The notes: generated by a model not told the origin, from the letters alone. Shown: positions 8,045 to 19,741, numbered from the stretch's first letter. The stretch: DNA of 64,000 bases from an uncultured Chloroflexia bacterium (GCA_963752475.1 CAVVYR010000031.1:1-64000); one strand, 5' to 3'. A program made the numbers and translations.

Positions 8045-9502
8045 TCACTCGCCGTTGCAGTCGATCGCCTCGGTGTCGTACCGGGAGAGGCCAAGCACCT
8101 CGCCATCGGGGTGCACCATCAGCGTCCACCCGCTGGCCCATATCTCGCTCTCGTCGGTGAGATACCAGTACTCCGAGATCCACTCACAGGCGCCGCCGCT
8201 GAGGACCAAGGTCTCGCTCGGCGGCACGCCCTGGGCCTCTGGGGGCTCGACCGGATCATCGGTCAGCGTGCATGCGATCCGTTCCTCGTAGGTGCCGTCG
8301 GCGTATTCGATCCAGAGCGCGCGGTCACACCAGGCACGCATGAGCCAGGCGCCTTCCTGCTCCTCGGACACAGGCAGCTGCGAGGGGTAGCCCTCGACCA
8401 CGTCCCAGGACACCGCATCATCGGGCACGCCTGGGGGTAGCTCGTCGTCGAGCAACTCGATGGTCTCGGCGATCGAGAGGTAGTCGTCGGCCGCGCGTTG
8501 ATCGTCGCGGCAGTAGAGCTGGTAGCGCGTTTCGCCGTGATCGACGAGGTAGATGGTGGTCCACACACCGTGGCCCTGGTGGTCACCGTCGACCCTGACG
8601 GCGTCCCCGATCGGCAGCGGCACCGACGCGTGGTCCACCGTGCCCTCGAAGTCGGGCTGCTCGCGTCCGAACTGCTCGATCCAAGCCGCATGCTCCTCGA
8701 GGGTCAGCGGATTGCTCTCGAATGCCTCGAACCCGCAGTCGACTCCATCGTCTTCCCAGGCGACCACGAGGGTCGTGACCGGGGTCGTCTCCGTCGCGTC
8801 AGGAGGCAGCCCCATCTGGTAGGGCACCGGCTCGAGGTCGGTCCAGAAGTCGCTCGGGAAGGACACGGCAACGCCCGCGTCGGGCAGCTCGATCCGTCGG
8901 AGCTCGCCCGCTCCGCTCTCCGACGTTGCCGGCACGGCACCGCTGGGCAGCCACTCGAGGGTCTCGGCGATACCCATCCAGTCACGCGTATCGCGCTCGT
9001 GCGAGATGCAGTGCAGCTCGAGGAGGCCGTCGTGGAACCTGCTGTCGATGAGGTACTGCGAGCTGAAGCGACTCGGGGACTCCGGGTCGCTGTCAGGGAG
9101 CTGCGCGTAGACACGATAGGCTTCACCGAGTGCCAACCGGACGGGCACCGCCTCTGCGACAACGTCGGGGCCGACGCCGGTGAGGTAGGTGACCGAGGCT
9201 TCAGCGAGCCCGGCAGGCGAGAGAGTGGAGTGCGGGAAGTGCTTGATGGTGCACGACGTCCCGGCTTCGTTGATGGCGGACAGGACGTCCCAGTAGTCGA
9301 GCGCCTCGTTGCCGTCCTCGGACTCGACGTAGCGCATCTCCGCCTCCACGTCCCAGTCAGACGGGAAGGCCACGGCGATGCCGGCCTCGGGAACCTCCAC
9401 TCGCCGGAGGTCGTTCTCCCCGCTTTCGGCTGCCGCTATGGTCATCATGGTCGTGGTCGCGAGCAGGCCGATGACCGGCCCACTCCAGGACGCTCGTCGC
9501 AT
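8045..9502 (-). CDS. Secreted acidic protein with two tandem internal repeats
   Basis: Signal peptide; repeats LRRVEVPEAGIAVAFPSDW...IAETLEWL and LRRIELPDAGVAVSFPSDF...IAETIELL. Confidence 0.85.
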   Translation of the reverse strand: MRRASWSGPVIGLLATTTMMTIAAAESGENDLRRVEVPEAGIAVAFPSDWDVEAEMRYVESEDGNEALDYWDVLSAINEAGTSCTIKHFPHSTLSPAGLAEASVTYLTGVGPDVVAEAVPVRLALGEAYRVYAQLPDSDPESPSRFSSQYLIDSRFHDGLLELHCISHERDTRDWMGIAETLEWLPSGAVPATSESGAGELRRIELPDAGVAVSFPSDFWTDLEPVPYQMGLPPDATETTPVTTLVVAWEDDGVDCGFEAFESNPLTLEEHAAWIEQFGREQPDFEGTVDHASVPLPIGDAVRVDGDHQGHGVWTTIYLVDHGETRYQLYCRDDQRAADDYLSIAETIELLDDELPPGVPDDAVSWDVVEGYPSQLPVSEEQEGAWLMRAWCDRALWIEYADGTYEERIACTLTDDPVEPPEAQGVPPSETLVLSGGACEWISEYWYLTDESEIWASGWTLMVHPDGEVLGLSRYDTEAIDCNGE

Positions 9503-9782
9503 CGACTCCCCTCCCTGCTGTCGGTCGCATCGTCCGCCCGTCGGAAGCCGGCGTCAACGGCACATGCCATCTGCCTCTTGCATCTCGGTGCGGACCAGCT
9601 GCAATCTAGGCGGGGCGCTTTGGCCGACGACGGAGCAGGCCGGGCGAGCCGTTCCCTTCGTGGGGATCGACCCTCCTGCTCGCGTGCTGTCTGGCCTCCG
9701 GCCCGGACAGGGGGGTGTCGTGGAAACCGAACATGGTCATGGGGCTGACCGGAGTCGTCGCGTCGCCGTCAGCGAGACCAAG

Positions 9783-10585
9783 GTGAGGCCGCCTCGGAAG
9801 CGCGTCCGCGGCCTGGTGGCTGTTTCGCTGGCGATGGCGCTCGCGGGCCTTGCCGCGCCGGTGCGTGGCGATGATTTCTCCAGGCTCCAGGGTGCCTGGG
9901 ATTGCGACGAGGATGGGGCTCGTTCCAGCCTCGAGTTCCTCTCCAGCCACGCAGCTCAGCTACAACGGTCAGGTGGCAGCCATGGAACTGGCGCCGGATT
10001 CGTTCCTGGTCCAGGAGGAGTACGGCTCGGTCCTGTACTTCTATGGGTTCGAAGGAGACTCGCTGGTGATCCTCGCGCCCGACGGTTCGCTCACCTGGTG
10101 TGAGAGAGTCGGCCGCGCCGGTGTCCACACCCATGGCCTCGGGGCAGTCCTCCGATGCGGGCGACGCGAGCCCAGGTGCCCTGGTGCCGGGACCCGACTG
10201 GCCGGTCTACGAGCGGCCCGTGGGCACGATCTCCGAAGACGCTCCCTCTCCCCAGGCGCTGCTGTACAAGTTCGCTGGCCGTTGGGACCACGTGTCCCCC
10301 AACACACTGACCAACCTCTACCTGGGGCCCGACGGGACCTACGAGAGTAGCTACGAGTCCAGCTACAGCGGCGAGGACGGGGACTGGCTTGCGGCCGGCA
10401 ACGAGCAGGACCGCGGGCAATGGATGATCGAAGGGTCGCTCAGGGAAGGCGTTCTGACGCTCATCGCTCCAGATGGCGACCGTGCCATGTACCGATACCA
10501 GGTGCACGTGCGGGACGGCGAGACCTACTGGAGCGAGTACTTCTTCGAGGGTGACCTGTACACGGTCGACTACATCTACCGCTGA
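9783..10585 (+). CDS. Secreted hypothetical protein (two frameshifts)
   Basis: Signal peptide GLVAVSLAMALAGLAAPVRG; coding-like segments continue in ORFs 9850 and 10100. Start is approximate. Confidence 0.6.
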
Positions 10586-10626
10586 TGTCAGCCGATGACT
10601 GCCGGATGATCGGACGGAGGGGATCG

Positions 10627-12216
10627 ATGCTTCGAATCGGACGCATTCTTGCCGTGGCTTGTGTGCTCGTACTCGCTGGTTCCATCACGGCGGTCGCCCA
10701 GGAGGCGACGGCCGAGCCTGAACTCGTCGTGGCCGGCAGCGACCACGGGGTCGACATGGCACTCGACCCGGATGGCCACCGCCACATCGTGAGCAGCGTC
10801 CTGTTCGACGCACGCACGCGGCCGGTCGGAGACCTCTGGTATGCCACCGACCGAGGCGGTGCCTGGTCGACGCAGAAGCTGCTCGAAGGCGATGGATGGG
10901 ACCTCGCCTGGCACCACCCCACGATCGCCGTCGACAGCGACGGCAGCGTGCACATCGCGGTCGTCAGGGCCGCGCGCCGGCTTCGACCCGGAGGTGACCG
11001 AGGGCATCTACTACCTCACCGATGAGGGTCGCGACCCCGGCGACTTCGGCCCCCCGTCAAGGTCGCCGGGAAGGACATGACCGACCCGTCGCTCGCGGTC
11101 GTCGACGGTGTCCGCTATCTCGTCTACGACAAGTACGCCCGCCTCGGCGACCTGTCTTCGCCGGCACCCGCCATCCTCAAGACCGACCACTCCGGATCGT
11201 GGGTCGAGCACCGGCTCGCCCGGGACGGCTGGGATGCGCTTGTCCGTACCGACCCATCGGGCCGCGCGCACATCGTCTTCCAGTCCGCCTCTGCCGATGG
11301 CGGCGGCTCGGTCATGCGCTATGTGCAGGTCGATCCCGATACCGGCGAGCCCACCAAGTCGAGGCGCATCCCCGGCACGAGGACGTGTGGGCCTCGTCCG
11401 CGCTCGCCGTGGACCCGTCCGGCCAGCCGCACGTCGCCTGGGAGACGGAGAAGGACATCGCCTGGTCCCGGCTCACCGAGGATGGATGGAGCCGTCCCGA
11501 GAGGCTGGGCGTGCGGCGCTCCGACTCGATCTCCCTCGATGTCGACGCGTCCGGCCAGCCCCATGTCGTCTTCGTGGGCAAGGGGACGACGCGGCCGAGG
11601 GATCATCCACGCCCAGCGTGACGCGGGGGCCTGGCCTCAGTCGGTCATCGCAGGCGGCCGCGACTGGTCGCGCGTGACGCAGCGCGCTCGATGGCTCCGA
11701 CCTCGTGGTCGCCGCGCTGGCGGGAGAGGGCCGGGAGGTCTCTGGTCACTCGGCCCGCTCTCGGCCATCGACCCGGCGGCAACGGGGGCGCACCGGCCCT
11801 TGATGACCTGCTGGCCAGCGTCACCTACAGCGGCTGTGTGCCCTTCACCCAGCAGGGCAAGCACGACCCCTTCGCCTATGGCGCACAGGCGGCCATCCAG
11901 TGCGACAGACCGGCGCGGGGTGTGGGGCAGCTGGCGCTCTTCCGCTTCCCCGACGCAGACTCGATGGCCGAGTACTGGGATTGGCGCGTCGGCCAGATCG
12001 AACCGGCGCCACCGATGCGCGACGGGGCCTGCGCTGACGGCCGCAAGGGGACAGGCGACCTGGCCGCACGGCGAGCTCGTGTGCTACCGGTCGACGGCAC
12101 CGAAGGAGGCCAAGCTGCGCTGGATCGACGAGCGCACCAACACGTACGGCGTCCTCGACGCGACCGACCAGGACATCGCCCGCCTCCACGCTGTCTGGAC
12201 CAAGCTGACCGAGTAG
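10627..12216 (+). CDS. Secreted beta-propeller/BNR-like repeat protein with Cys-containing C-terminal domain (several frameshifts)
   Basis: Signal peptide MLRIGRILAVACVLVLAGSITAVA/QE; repeated (L/I)AVDxxGxxH(I/V) blades. Confidence 0.65.
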
Positions 12217-12437
12217 ATGGGACCCACGGATCGGTTGAACGCCGCGGCCTCCTGCGTGGAGGGGCGAGCGTAGCGGGAGAAGGTATCGGCTGTTGGTGAG
12301 CACGGACCGATCCCCACGAGGCGTACTTTGAGGCTGGTAGCTTGCACCACACAGTGCCGTCGGCTGGTGAGCCGAATGCTCTCGTCCTACCGGGTCTGCC
12401 TTGGGACACTAGGCCCTGCTGCGGGTATCTGTCGGGT

Positions 12438-12560
12438 ATGGGGGCCATGAGTGCGAGAGCCACAGAGGATCCCACCGGGCTGATCGCGTCAGCCATCGAC
12501 GGCGACGAGGTCGCGTTCGCACGCATCGTGGCTGCGAACCATGAGGACATCGTGTTCACG
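12438..12560 (+). pseudogene. Truncated ECF sigma factor N-terminus
   Basis: LIASAIDGDEVAFARIV resembles LVERAMAGDRDAFTEL of the sigma at 22643; similarity stops after ~40 aa. Confidence 0.45.
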
Positions 12561-12615
12561 CGGGCGCTTGCTCAGGGTCGCATGATGGTCGCACTCGCAA
12601 TGGGGGGTTGGCGAC

Positions 12616-14922
12616 GTGCGACGTCTCGCAGTCATCGTCATGTGCATGGCGCTCGCAGGAATCGCGCCTGCGGCGGCCGGAGCGGCGGGCAGGACAGTGA
12701 TGGTCACGAGTCCGGAGGACGCCGGTCCCGGCACACTCAGGAGCGCGCTGGAGGACCAGCGGCCATTCGACATCATCACCTTCGACCCCGCGGTCTTCTC
12801 GCCCGAAAAACGGGGTCCGCATCCGCCTCCAGAGCCCGCTGCCCGGGCTCGGTGCCGGGGACGTGACCATCGACGGGGCGGACGCCCGGGTCGTGCTCGA
12901 CGGCCGCGACATCACCGAGGACTGGACCCACGGGCTACAGCTGACGTCCGACGACAACACCATCCAGGGCCTGGAGTGTCACGCTTTCCCGGCGTGGGCA
13001 TCGCGATCTCCGAGGGCAGCGGCAACCTGATCGGCGGCGACCGGAGTATCGGTGCCGGGCCCTCCGGGCAGGGCAACGTGGTGACGCGCAACTCCCACAT
13101 GGGCATCGGTCTCTGGAACGGTGCGTCGGAGAACGAGGTCCGGGGCAACTTGGTCGGGGTCGGCCCGACCGGCAAGCAGGGCCAGGGCAACGGCTACGGT
13201 ATCGCCATCAACGAGGGCGCTCATCACAACATCGTCGGTCCAGGGAACACCATCGCGCGCAACCACGGCGCGGCGTCGGTGTCGGCGACGCGCGACCCTC
13301 GGCAATACGATCACCCGTAACAGCATCCTTCACAACGGTGGTCAGGGCATCCGGTGGGCAGAGGCGCACGACGCCGGTCCCGCCGACGATCTCGTCTCAT
13401 GACCTCGAAGCTGGGAGGCTGGCCGGCGCGACATGTCCCGGCTGCAGGGTCGAGGTGTACTCCGGACGCAGGCACCAGGGCGCGATCTTCGAGGGCACCA
13501 CGACGGCCGATGAGCAGGGACATTCGCCTCGCAGGGCAGGGACTCGTTCAGGGGACCCCACCTGACGGCCACGACCACCGAGCCCCGCGGCGGCACGAGC
13601 CAGTTCTCGTTGCAGACGACTGGTTCAAAGGGCGGGCGTCTGGCCATCAGCGAGGGAACGACTTTGGCGGTCACCCAATGCGGCCCAGGTGTCGAGCGAG
13701 CTCGACGACAATCGTATGGGCGGGGAGTTCGACGGCTTCGGGGTCCCGGTCGAGACCTACGACTAGGAGGTCTATCCTCGAGGCGTCAAGCGCGTCGCGT
13801 ATCATCACGGGCATCGAGCCCGAGCTGGGTGACTGGGAGCGGTCGGAGTTCGAGGTCCTCCCCGGCTCGGAGGCGGTCATCGACCGGCTGGTCGACAATG
13901 GCGTCGAGATCACGTACGTCGCTCATGTTCTGGGACAAGGCGACGTGGCCCGGCGGCGAGGGGGCACCCTGCGCGAGGTTCAGGACCAAGGGCGAGATCA
14001 AGCGATACCTCGAGTTCGTGCGGCTTCATCGTCGAGTCACTTCAAGGGCCGTGTCGACCGCTACGAGATCTGGGACGAGCCCGACATCGAAGGCTACTGC
14101 CCCAAGTACATCCGAGTCCCGGACTACGCCCGGCTGGTGAAGCGGGTCGCACCGGTGATCCGGGCCGAGCATCCCGAAGCCAAGATCGTCGTCGGTGGCG
14201 TCTCGAACACGGTTACCCTGGTACCCGAACGTGGCTGTTCGGCATCCTCGAGACCGACATCATGCCTCTCGTGGACGTGGTCCGTGGCATCCCATGTACG
14301 GGAGTCACCAGCGTACAAGCTCGAGAAGGCCTACTACGAGAACTACCCCTCGATGTGAAGCGGATCAAAGGAGCGGCCGAGGCCAACGGGTTCGCGGCGA
14401 GTACCAGGCCGACGACATCGGCTGGTCGACCCCGGGGAAGACCATGGCGCGGCCACGCCCTGGGTCTACACTGCCGGCGGTCGCGCCAAGTACTACGGAC
14501 GCGAGCATCCTACTGCACCTGGGCATGGACATCGGGCGTGGGGGCACCCGACGACAAGCCGGTGATCCGTCAAGCTGGCGACGCTGATGGCCGGTGCTGA
14601 GCCGGCGGACCTGCCGGTGCAGATCCGCAGCAAGGCCAAGGATGTCGTCAGCTACACGTTCTCCACGCCCGATGGCGGCTACCTGGTCGCGCTCTGGACC
14701 AACGGCAAGGCCGCCGAGGTCGACCGCGGCACGAGGGCCACGGTCACGATCTCCGGGGTCGCCACCGAGCTGGCTACGGGCATCGACGTGCTTCACGGCT
14801 ACGAGCAGCCACTGATCGTCGAGGAGGTGGAGAAGGGCATGGTCATCCGGAATCTGCTCATCAGGGACTACCCGACCCTCCTCCGAGTGGGCGCTACCGA
14901 GACCGAGGCCGTACGGGGGTAG
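12616..14922 (+). CDS. Secreted right-handed beta-helix plus glycoside-hydrolase-like (GH5/GH39-type) protein, heavily frameshifted
   Basis: VTSPEDAGPGTLRSAL, GNLIGG...GNVV, NTIARN beta-helix repeats; FKGRVDRYEIWDEPD...PEAKIVVGG TIM-barrel motif. Confidence 0.6.
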
Positions 14923-15102
14923 GTACCGGCAGGCCAGCGCAGCCAGCGCCAGCTTCGTCACCATGCGCCGATAGTCCACTCGGTCGGCCGCCGCGGGACA
15001 GCCCCGGCATGCTCGGCCATCACGCGCCGATCGCGAGGGGTATCGTGCAGCCATCGCGGCGTCCCTTCACGACCGTGACGTCGACCGAGTTGAGGAGGGG
15101 CG

Positions 15103-15915
15103 ATGGTTCGGGCCCGCGAGATCGCACCTGACGTCTTCTGCCTTGGCCCGCTCGGTCGCACGCAGACCAACGTCTACTTCGTTCGAGCGGGTGACTCATG
15201 GGTGCTGATCGATGCGGGTTGGGCGAGCGATCTGTCCCGCATCGAGGAGTCCGCCGCCGACCTCGTAGGTCATGACACCGTCCCGGCCGCCATCGTCCTC
15301 ACCCACGACCATCCGGATCACGCGGGCACTGCACGCATCCTCGCCGAGCGTTGGGCATGTCGGGTGTTCGTCCACCCTGCCGAGCTGGCCATCGCCGGTG
15401 GCAGCTTCACTGCGATGTGGCGGCATGCCGGACCGCTCGACCGCTACGTCATCCTGCCGGCCATCAGTGCCCTCGGCCGCCGCCGCCGCGACACCATGCT
15501 CGAACGGAACAGCCTGGCCCCTGTCATCGAGGCGCTCGGGCCCGATGGCGCGATCCCGTACCTTCCCGGCTGGCGATGGGTACATACTCCCGGCCACACG
15601 CCTGGTCACGTCTCGTTCCTGCGACCCGACGACGGGGTACTCATCACCGGCGATGCACTCGTCACACTCCAAGTCAACACGCTCGCCGGGATGGTGCGAG
15701 GACGCGGGGGTCTGTCCGGTCCGCCCTGGTACACGACCGCCGATCCCGCGGCAGCCCGTGCATCGCTCAGGACGATCGCCGGCCTCGAGCCACGTGTCCT
15801 CGCCACCGGGCATGGACACCCTCTGACCGGCCCGGACACCGCCGACCGTATCCGTCTACTTCGCCGACGCACAATGAGTGGGTCGCCACGATGTGGTGAT
15901 AGTGGGCGTGGGTAG
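15103..15915 (+). CDS. MBL-fold metallo-hydrolase
   Basis: THDHPDH, HTPGHTPGH, ITGD and TGHG motifs. Confidence 0.9.
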   Translation: MVRAREIAPDVFCLGPLGRTQTNVYFVRAGDSWVLIDAGWASDLSRIEESAADLVGHDTVPAAIVLTHDHPDHAGTARILAERWACRVFVHPAELAIAGGSFTAMWRHAGPLDRYVILPAISALGRRRRDTMLERNSLAPVIEALGPDGAIPYLPGWRWVHTPGHTPGHVSFLRPDDGVLITGDALVTLQVNTLAGMVRGRGGLSGPPWYTTADPAAARASLRTIAGLEPRVLATGHGHPLTGPDTADRIRLLRRRTMSGSPRCGDSGRG

Positions 15916-16302
15916 GTCGCTGGGGGCAGGGCAACCGAACCGCCGACGAGCAGGGGACCAGTCAGCAAGGATCATCCCGTATGGCGAGGTCGAGGCCTAT
16001 CTGGCTGCGACCGAGGGCTCAGCAGCGAGCACCCAGCTCGTCACGATCCCGAGGCCGATCACGGATACGGCTTCTACTCGGACCAGCCTGAGGTCGACGA
16101 ACTCCCTGCATAGCTCGCTCGTCGACTTCTTCACGGACGCTCTCATCGGCTAGACAGTGGCGGGCTGATTCGTCGCAGTCGGTGGCCATGCGAGTGGAAC
16201 CATCGCCGCTTGAGGTCTAGGGCCCCCGAGAAGAGTCGCGGAGGCTTGCCCTCTGTCGTAGGGGCACCCACACGACCGCGCAATGGTGGGCCGAGAGCGA
16301 GA

Positions 16303-17130
16303 TCAGCCCTCCACGATGCGTTTCGTGGATACCCGCTCGAGGAATCCACGTACAAGCTGCGCCGTCTCCTCCGGCTGTTCGATGGCGACCGCGTGGCCGG
16401 CGCCGGCGATCTCTGCGTACTCTCCATCCGTGATGCGCAGCACCATCGCCTGGACCTGGTCCGGGCTGAACGACTTGTCTTCGGTTCCTGCAATCGCGAG
16501 AACAGGAAGTCTCACGTCCGCTAGCTGATCGGTCACGTTCCCGGCGCGGAGGACGATACCCTTCAGCGTCCGGACTGCACCGGCGCGATCGATACCACAG
16601 ATGTGCTGCCGCCAGCGTTCCCGCTCTGACGCGTGCTCCTCACCGGTCAGGAAGTCATCGGAGAAGAGCGCCTTCATCGCCGTGTCCGCTAGTGGCGCCA
16701 TGCCCCTGAAGCGCGCGATCGCGCCCATGACCAGGTAGCCCGGGACTTTGGCCCAACCCTCTCCCTTGGAGTTGGAGTTGAGCAGGACGAGCGACCGAAG
16801 CAACTCGGGCCGTCGCAACGCGAGCCGCAATCCCACCCAGCCACCCATCGAGGTACCGATGTAGTGGCATGGCGCTAGGCCCAGCCGTTCGATGAGCGCA
16901 GCCGCATCGTCAGTCAGCGCGTCGACGCTGTAGCCGTCGCTCGTCACCTCGCTCGCGCCCTGGCCGCGCCAGTCGAAGGCCGCGCAGCGGTAGTCATCCT
17001 CGAGACTGGCCGCTAGCCCATCGAAGGCGTGGTGGTCGAAGAGGAACCCGTGCGTCATCAACGCCGACTCCGCCCCGGACCCTCGCTCCTCGAACGCGAG
17101 CAACGCGCCGTTCACCGTGATCGTCGCCAT
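16303..17130 (-). CDS. Alpha/beta hydrolase
   Basis: HG, DWRGQG, GTSMGG nucleophile elbow, GTED, AGH. Confidence 0.9.
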   Translation of the reverse strand: MATITVNGALLAFEERGSGAESALMTHGFLFDHHAFDGLAASLEDDYRCAAFDWRGQGASEVTSDGYSVDALTDDAAALIERLGLAPCHYIGTSMGGWVGLRLALRRPELLRSLVLLNSNSKGEGWAKVPGYLVMGAIARFRGMAPLADTAMKALFSDDFLTGEEHASERERWRQHICGIDRAGAVRTLKGIVLRAGNVTDQLADVRLPVLAIAGTEDKSFSPDQVQAMVLRITDGEYAEIAGAGHAVAIEQPEETAQLVRGFLERVSTKRIVEG

Positions 17131-17248
17131 CGCCGCTTCCCCCGTGCTTCGATGTCGGTACGTGGGCGGTCCTGCGGAGGCACCCGGGAGTATCGTAGCG
17201 CTGCAACATGCGGCCCAACACGATCTGAGTCGAAATGGAGGGCGAGCG

Positions 17249-18079
17249 ATGGGGGAGTTGCGAGGCGCGAACGTCCTGCTGACCGGTGCATCCAGAGGCA
17301 TCGGAGTGTTCATCGCCAGGGCATGCGCATTCCGGGGTGCCAACCTGGCGATCACCGACCAGGATGCCCACGCACTCGGGAAGCTGGCTGCAAGGCTGGC
17401 CGGGACGGGCACCACGGTCGTGGCCTTGCCGGCCGACCTGCGCGACCCGGGGTCACTCGACGAGCTGGTCCCGCAGGCCGAGGCAGCGCTCGGCCCGGTC
17501 GACATCCTGGTCAACAACGCCGCGGTCGCCCGGCTGGCCCCCTTCATCGAGTTCGACGACGCTGAGCTCCGGGCGATGGTCGAGGTCAACCTCATGGCAC
17601 CGATGATCCTCACGCGTCGTCTGCTCCCGGGCATGATCGAGCGAGGTCGCGGGCACGTAGTGACCGTGTCTTCGCTCGAGGGCAGGAAGGGCATCCCCTT
17701 CGACGCCGCCTACTCCGGCACGAAGGCCGCGCTCGTCAGTTGGATGGAAGCCATCCATGTCGAGCTCGAGGCGACGGGCGTCAGGACCAGCATCGTCCTG
17801 CCCGGCTATGTCAGCGAGGCCGGGATCTTCGCGGACCGTGGCGCCACGGTGCCGCGACTGATGGGCGCCTGCCCTGCCTCCGATGTCGCGAGAGCGGTCG
17901 TGCGTGCGATCGAGCGAGAGAGCCAAGAGGTGATCGTCACCCCGCGACCGGTTCGGCCGCTCCTTGCCCTCAACACCATGTCACCAGTACTGGGCGACCG
18001 GATCCTCAGGATCCTGGGAGTGGTGAGGGTGCAGCGCTGGATCCTCGAGCACCAGCGAGCTGGCGGAGCAGAGCGGTGA
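17249..18079 (+). CDS. SDR family oxidoreductase
   Basis: TGASRGIG, NNA, YSGTK. Confidence 0.92.
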   Translation: MGELRGANVLLTGASRGIGVFIARACAFRGANLAITDQDAHALGKLAARLAGTGTTVVALPADLRDPGSLDELVPQAEAALGPVDILVNNAAVARLAPFIEFDDAELRAMVEVNLMAPMILTRRLLPGMIERGRGHVVTVSSLEGRKGIPFDAAYSGTKAALVSWMEAIHVELEATGVRTSIVLPGYVSEAGIFADRGATVPRLMGACPASDVARAVVRAIERESQEVIVTPRPVRPLLALNTMSPVLGDRILRILGVVRVQRWILEHQRAGGAER

Positions 18080-18894
18080 GCGAGCTACGAGGTGCGAACG
18101 TCCTGTTGACCGGCGCCTCCAGAGGCATCGGGACGCACATCGCTCGAGCCCTGGCCTCGCGGGGCGCGAACCTGGCCCTCACGGCGCGGAACGCCGACGA
18201 ACTCGAACGGCAGGCTGCAAGCCTTGCCGCATACGGGGTCAGGGCCGTGGCGTTGCCGGCCGACCTGACCGACCACGCAGCGGCAGACGGGCTCGCGGCG
18301 CGCGCCGAAGCGGCGCTGGGTCCGATCGACATCCTGGTCAGCAACGCCGGCGCAGCGACGCTATCAAGGTTCTGGGAGCTCGATGAGGCCGACCTGCGGC
18401 GCATGGTCGACGTCAACTTCGTCGCCTCCATGCTTCTGACGCGCAGGCTGCTGCCGGGCATGCTCGATCGAGGCCGAGGACACCTGGTCGCGATCGCGTC
18501 CCTCAGCGGGAGGAAGGGCCTGCCCTTCGTTGCCGTCTACAGCGGTGCGAAAGGAGCGCTCATCAACTGGTTGGAGGCGCTCCATGCCGAGCTGGAGGGT
18601 ACGGGGGTCAAGACCAGCATCGTATTGCCCGGCTACGTCAGCGGAGCCGGCTTCTTCGCGGACCTCGACGCCCCGCCTCCACGCGTGCTGGGCGCGAGCC
18701 CTGTCGCGGACGTTGCGCGCGCCGTCGTGCGTGCGATCGAGTCGGAGCGACAGGAGGTGACCGTGACTCCGATGCCAATCCGACCCTTCCTCGCCCTCTG
18801 TGCGCTGTCCCCAGCCTGGGGTGACCGGGTCCCGAAGATGCTCGGGGTGATCGAGGCGCAGCGGTGGATGGCCGACCACCGGCAGACGGGCTGA
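18076..18894 (+). CDS. SDR family oxidoreductase (tandem paralog)
   Basis: GTGA overlap; TGASRGIG, SNAG, YSGAK. Confidence 0.92.
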   Translation: MSELRGANVLLTGASRGIGTHIARALASRGANLALTARNADELERQAASLAAYGVRAVALPADLTDHAAADGLAARAEAALGPIDILVSNAGAATLSRFWELDEADLRRMVDVNFVASMLLTRRLLPGMLDRGRGHLVAIASLSGRKGLPFVAVYSGAKGALINWLEALHAELEGTGVKTSIVLPGYVSGAGFFADLDAPPPRVLGASPVADVARAVVRAIESERQEVTVTPMPIRPFLALCALSPAWGDRVPKMLGVIEAQRWMADHRQTG

Positions 18895-18944
18895 CGGGGG
18901 TCGAACGGTAGGCGGGCCGCGAGGTGCGCCAACGGGCTGTCGAA

Positions 18945-19295
18945 CTATGGCGCCAAGGCGGGGGTGCAGTGCGGGACGCCGAGCATGGACATCCGACCGA
19001 CGAACGGCGTTCGACGACCGGCGCTGTTCCGCTTCAAGGACACCGCCCCGCTCGATGACTAACTGGGACTTCAAGCTCAAGAAAGACTCGGGAAGCCTCT
19101 CAAGCGGAAGGATTCCGCTTGCACGGGCGGGAAGCAGGGCCTCCGGACCTGGAGCGGTGACGGTGGGCAAGGCACGTATCGCTTGCTACTTGGCCGATGG
19201 GCGGGCCAAGCTCCGTTGGACGAACGAGCGCAACAACACGTACGGCATCGTCGACGCGACGCATCGAGACATCGGTAGGCTCGCCCTAATGGTAG
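18945..19295 (+). pseudogene. Remnant homolog of C-terminal domain of the 10627-12216 protein
   Basis: YGAKAGVQC, ALFRF, AKLRWTNERNNTYGIVDATHRDI versus AKLRWIDERTNTYGVLDATDQDI; internal stop and frameshifts. Confidence 0.65.
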
Positions 19296-19359
19296 CTCAG
19301 CGCGATCGCCTGGTAGGCCCGTCTCGGCGGCTCGCTGCTAGCGCCACTGTCAATGTGGC

Positions 19360-19693
19360 CGACAGGCTGACCGTCTGGCCGAGATCGATGACAAGGCCAT
19401 CGATGAGACCCTCGATGGGCTCTGCGCGGCCTGCGGGCGACGGAGAAGAGGTGCATCGACGGTGAGTGGTTAGAGGTGCCGGTCATGCGGCTCAAGCCCA
19501 AGGATGTCGCCATCCTCCTCGACCGGCTCCAGGTGCTATTCGAGCGACGCGACTCGGAATCAGCGAGGGCCGTTACCTCAGCGCCAGATCGGAGCTGCCC
19601 ATCGGCGCCCTGAACCAGATCGTGGAGCTGACGCAGGGGTGGACAGCACCACCGACAGCCCCGTTGCCGCGAACGCGACGGCTCGACGACTGA
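19360..19693 (+). pseudogene. 5'-truncated copy of the TerS-like gene at 4034-4573
   Basis: Clear DNA similarity from GACAGGCTGACCGTCTGGCCGA to ...SELPIGALNQIVELTQG...PRTRRLDD*. Confidence 0.85.
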
Positions 19694-19741
19694 GGCGGAC
19701 TCGCTCCGGCCTCGCAGGCAATCGAGCTGGCGCGGATGGGG

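Noticed and set aside
15960-16153. Possible hydrolase C-terminal fragment
   Set aside because: Too short, with no diagnostic motif.
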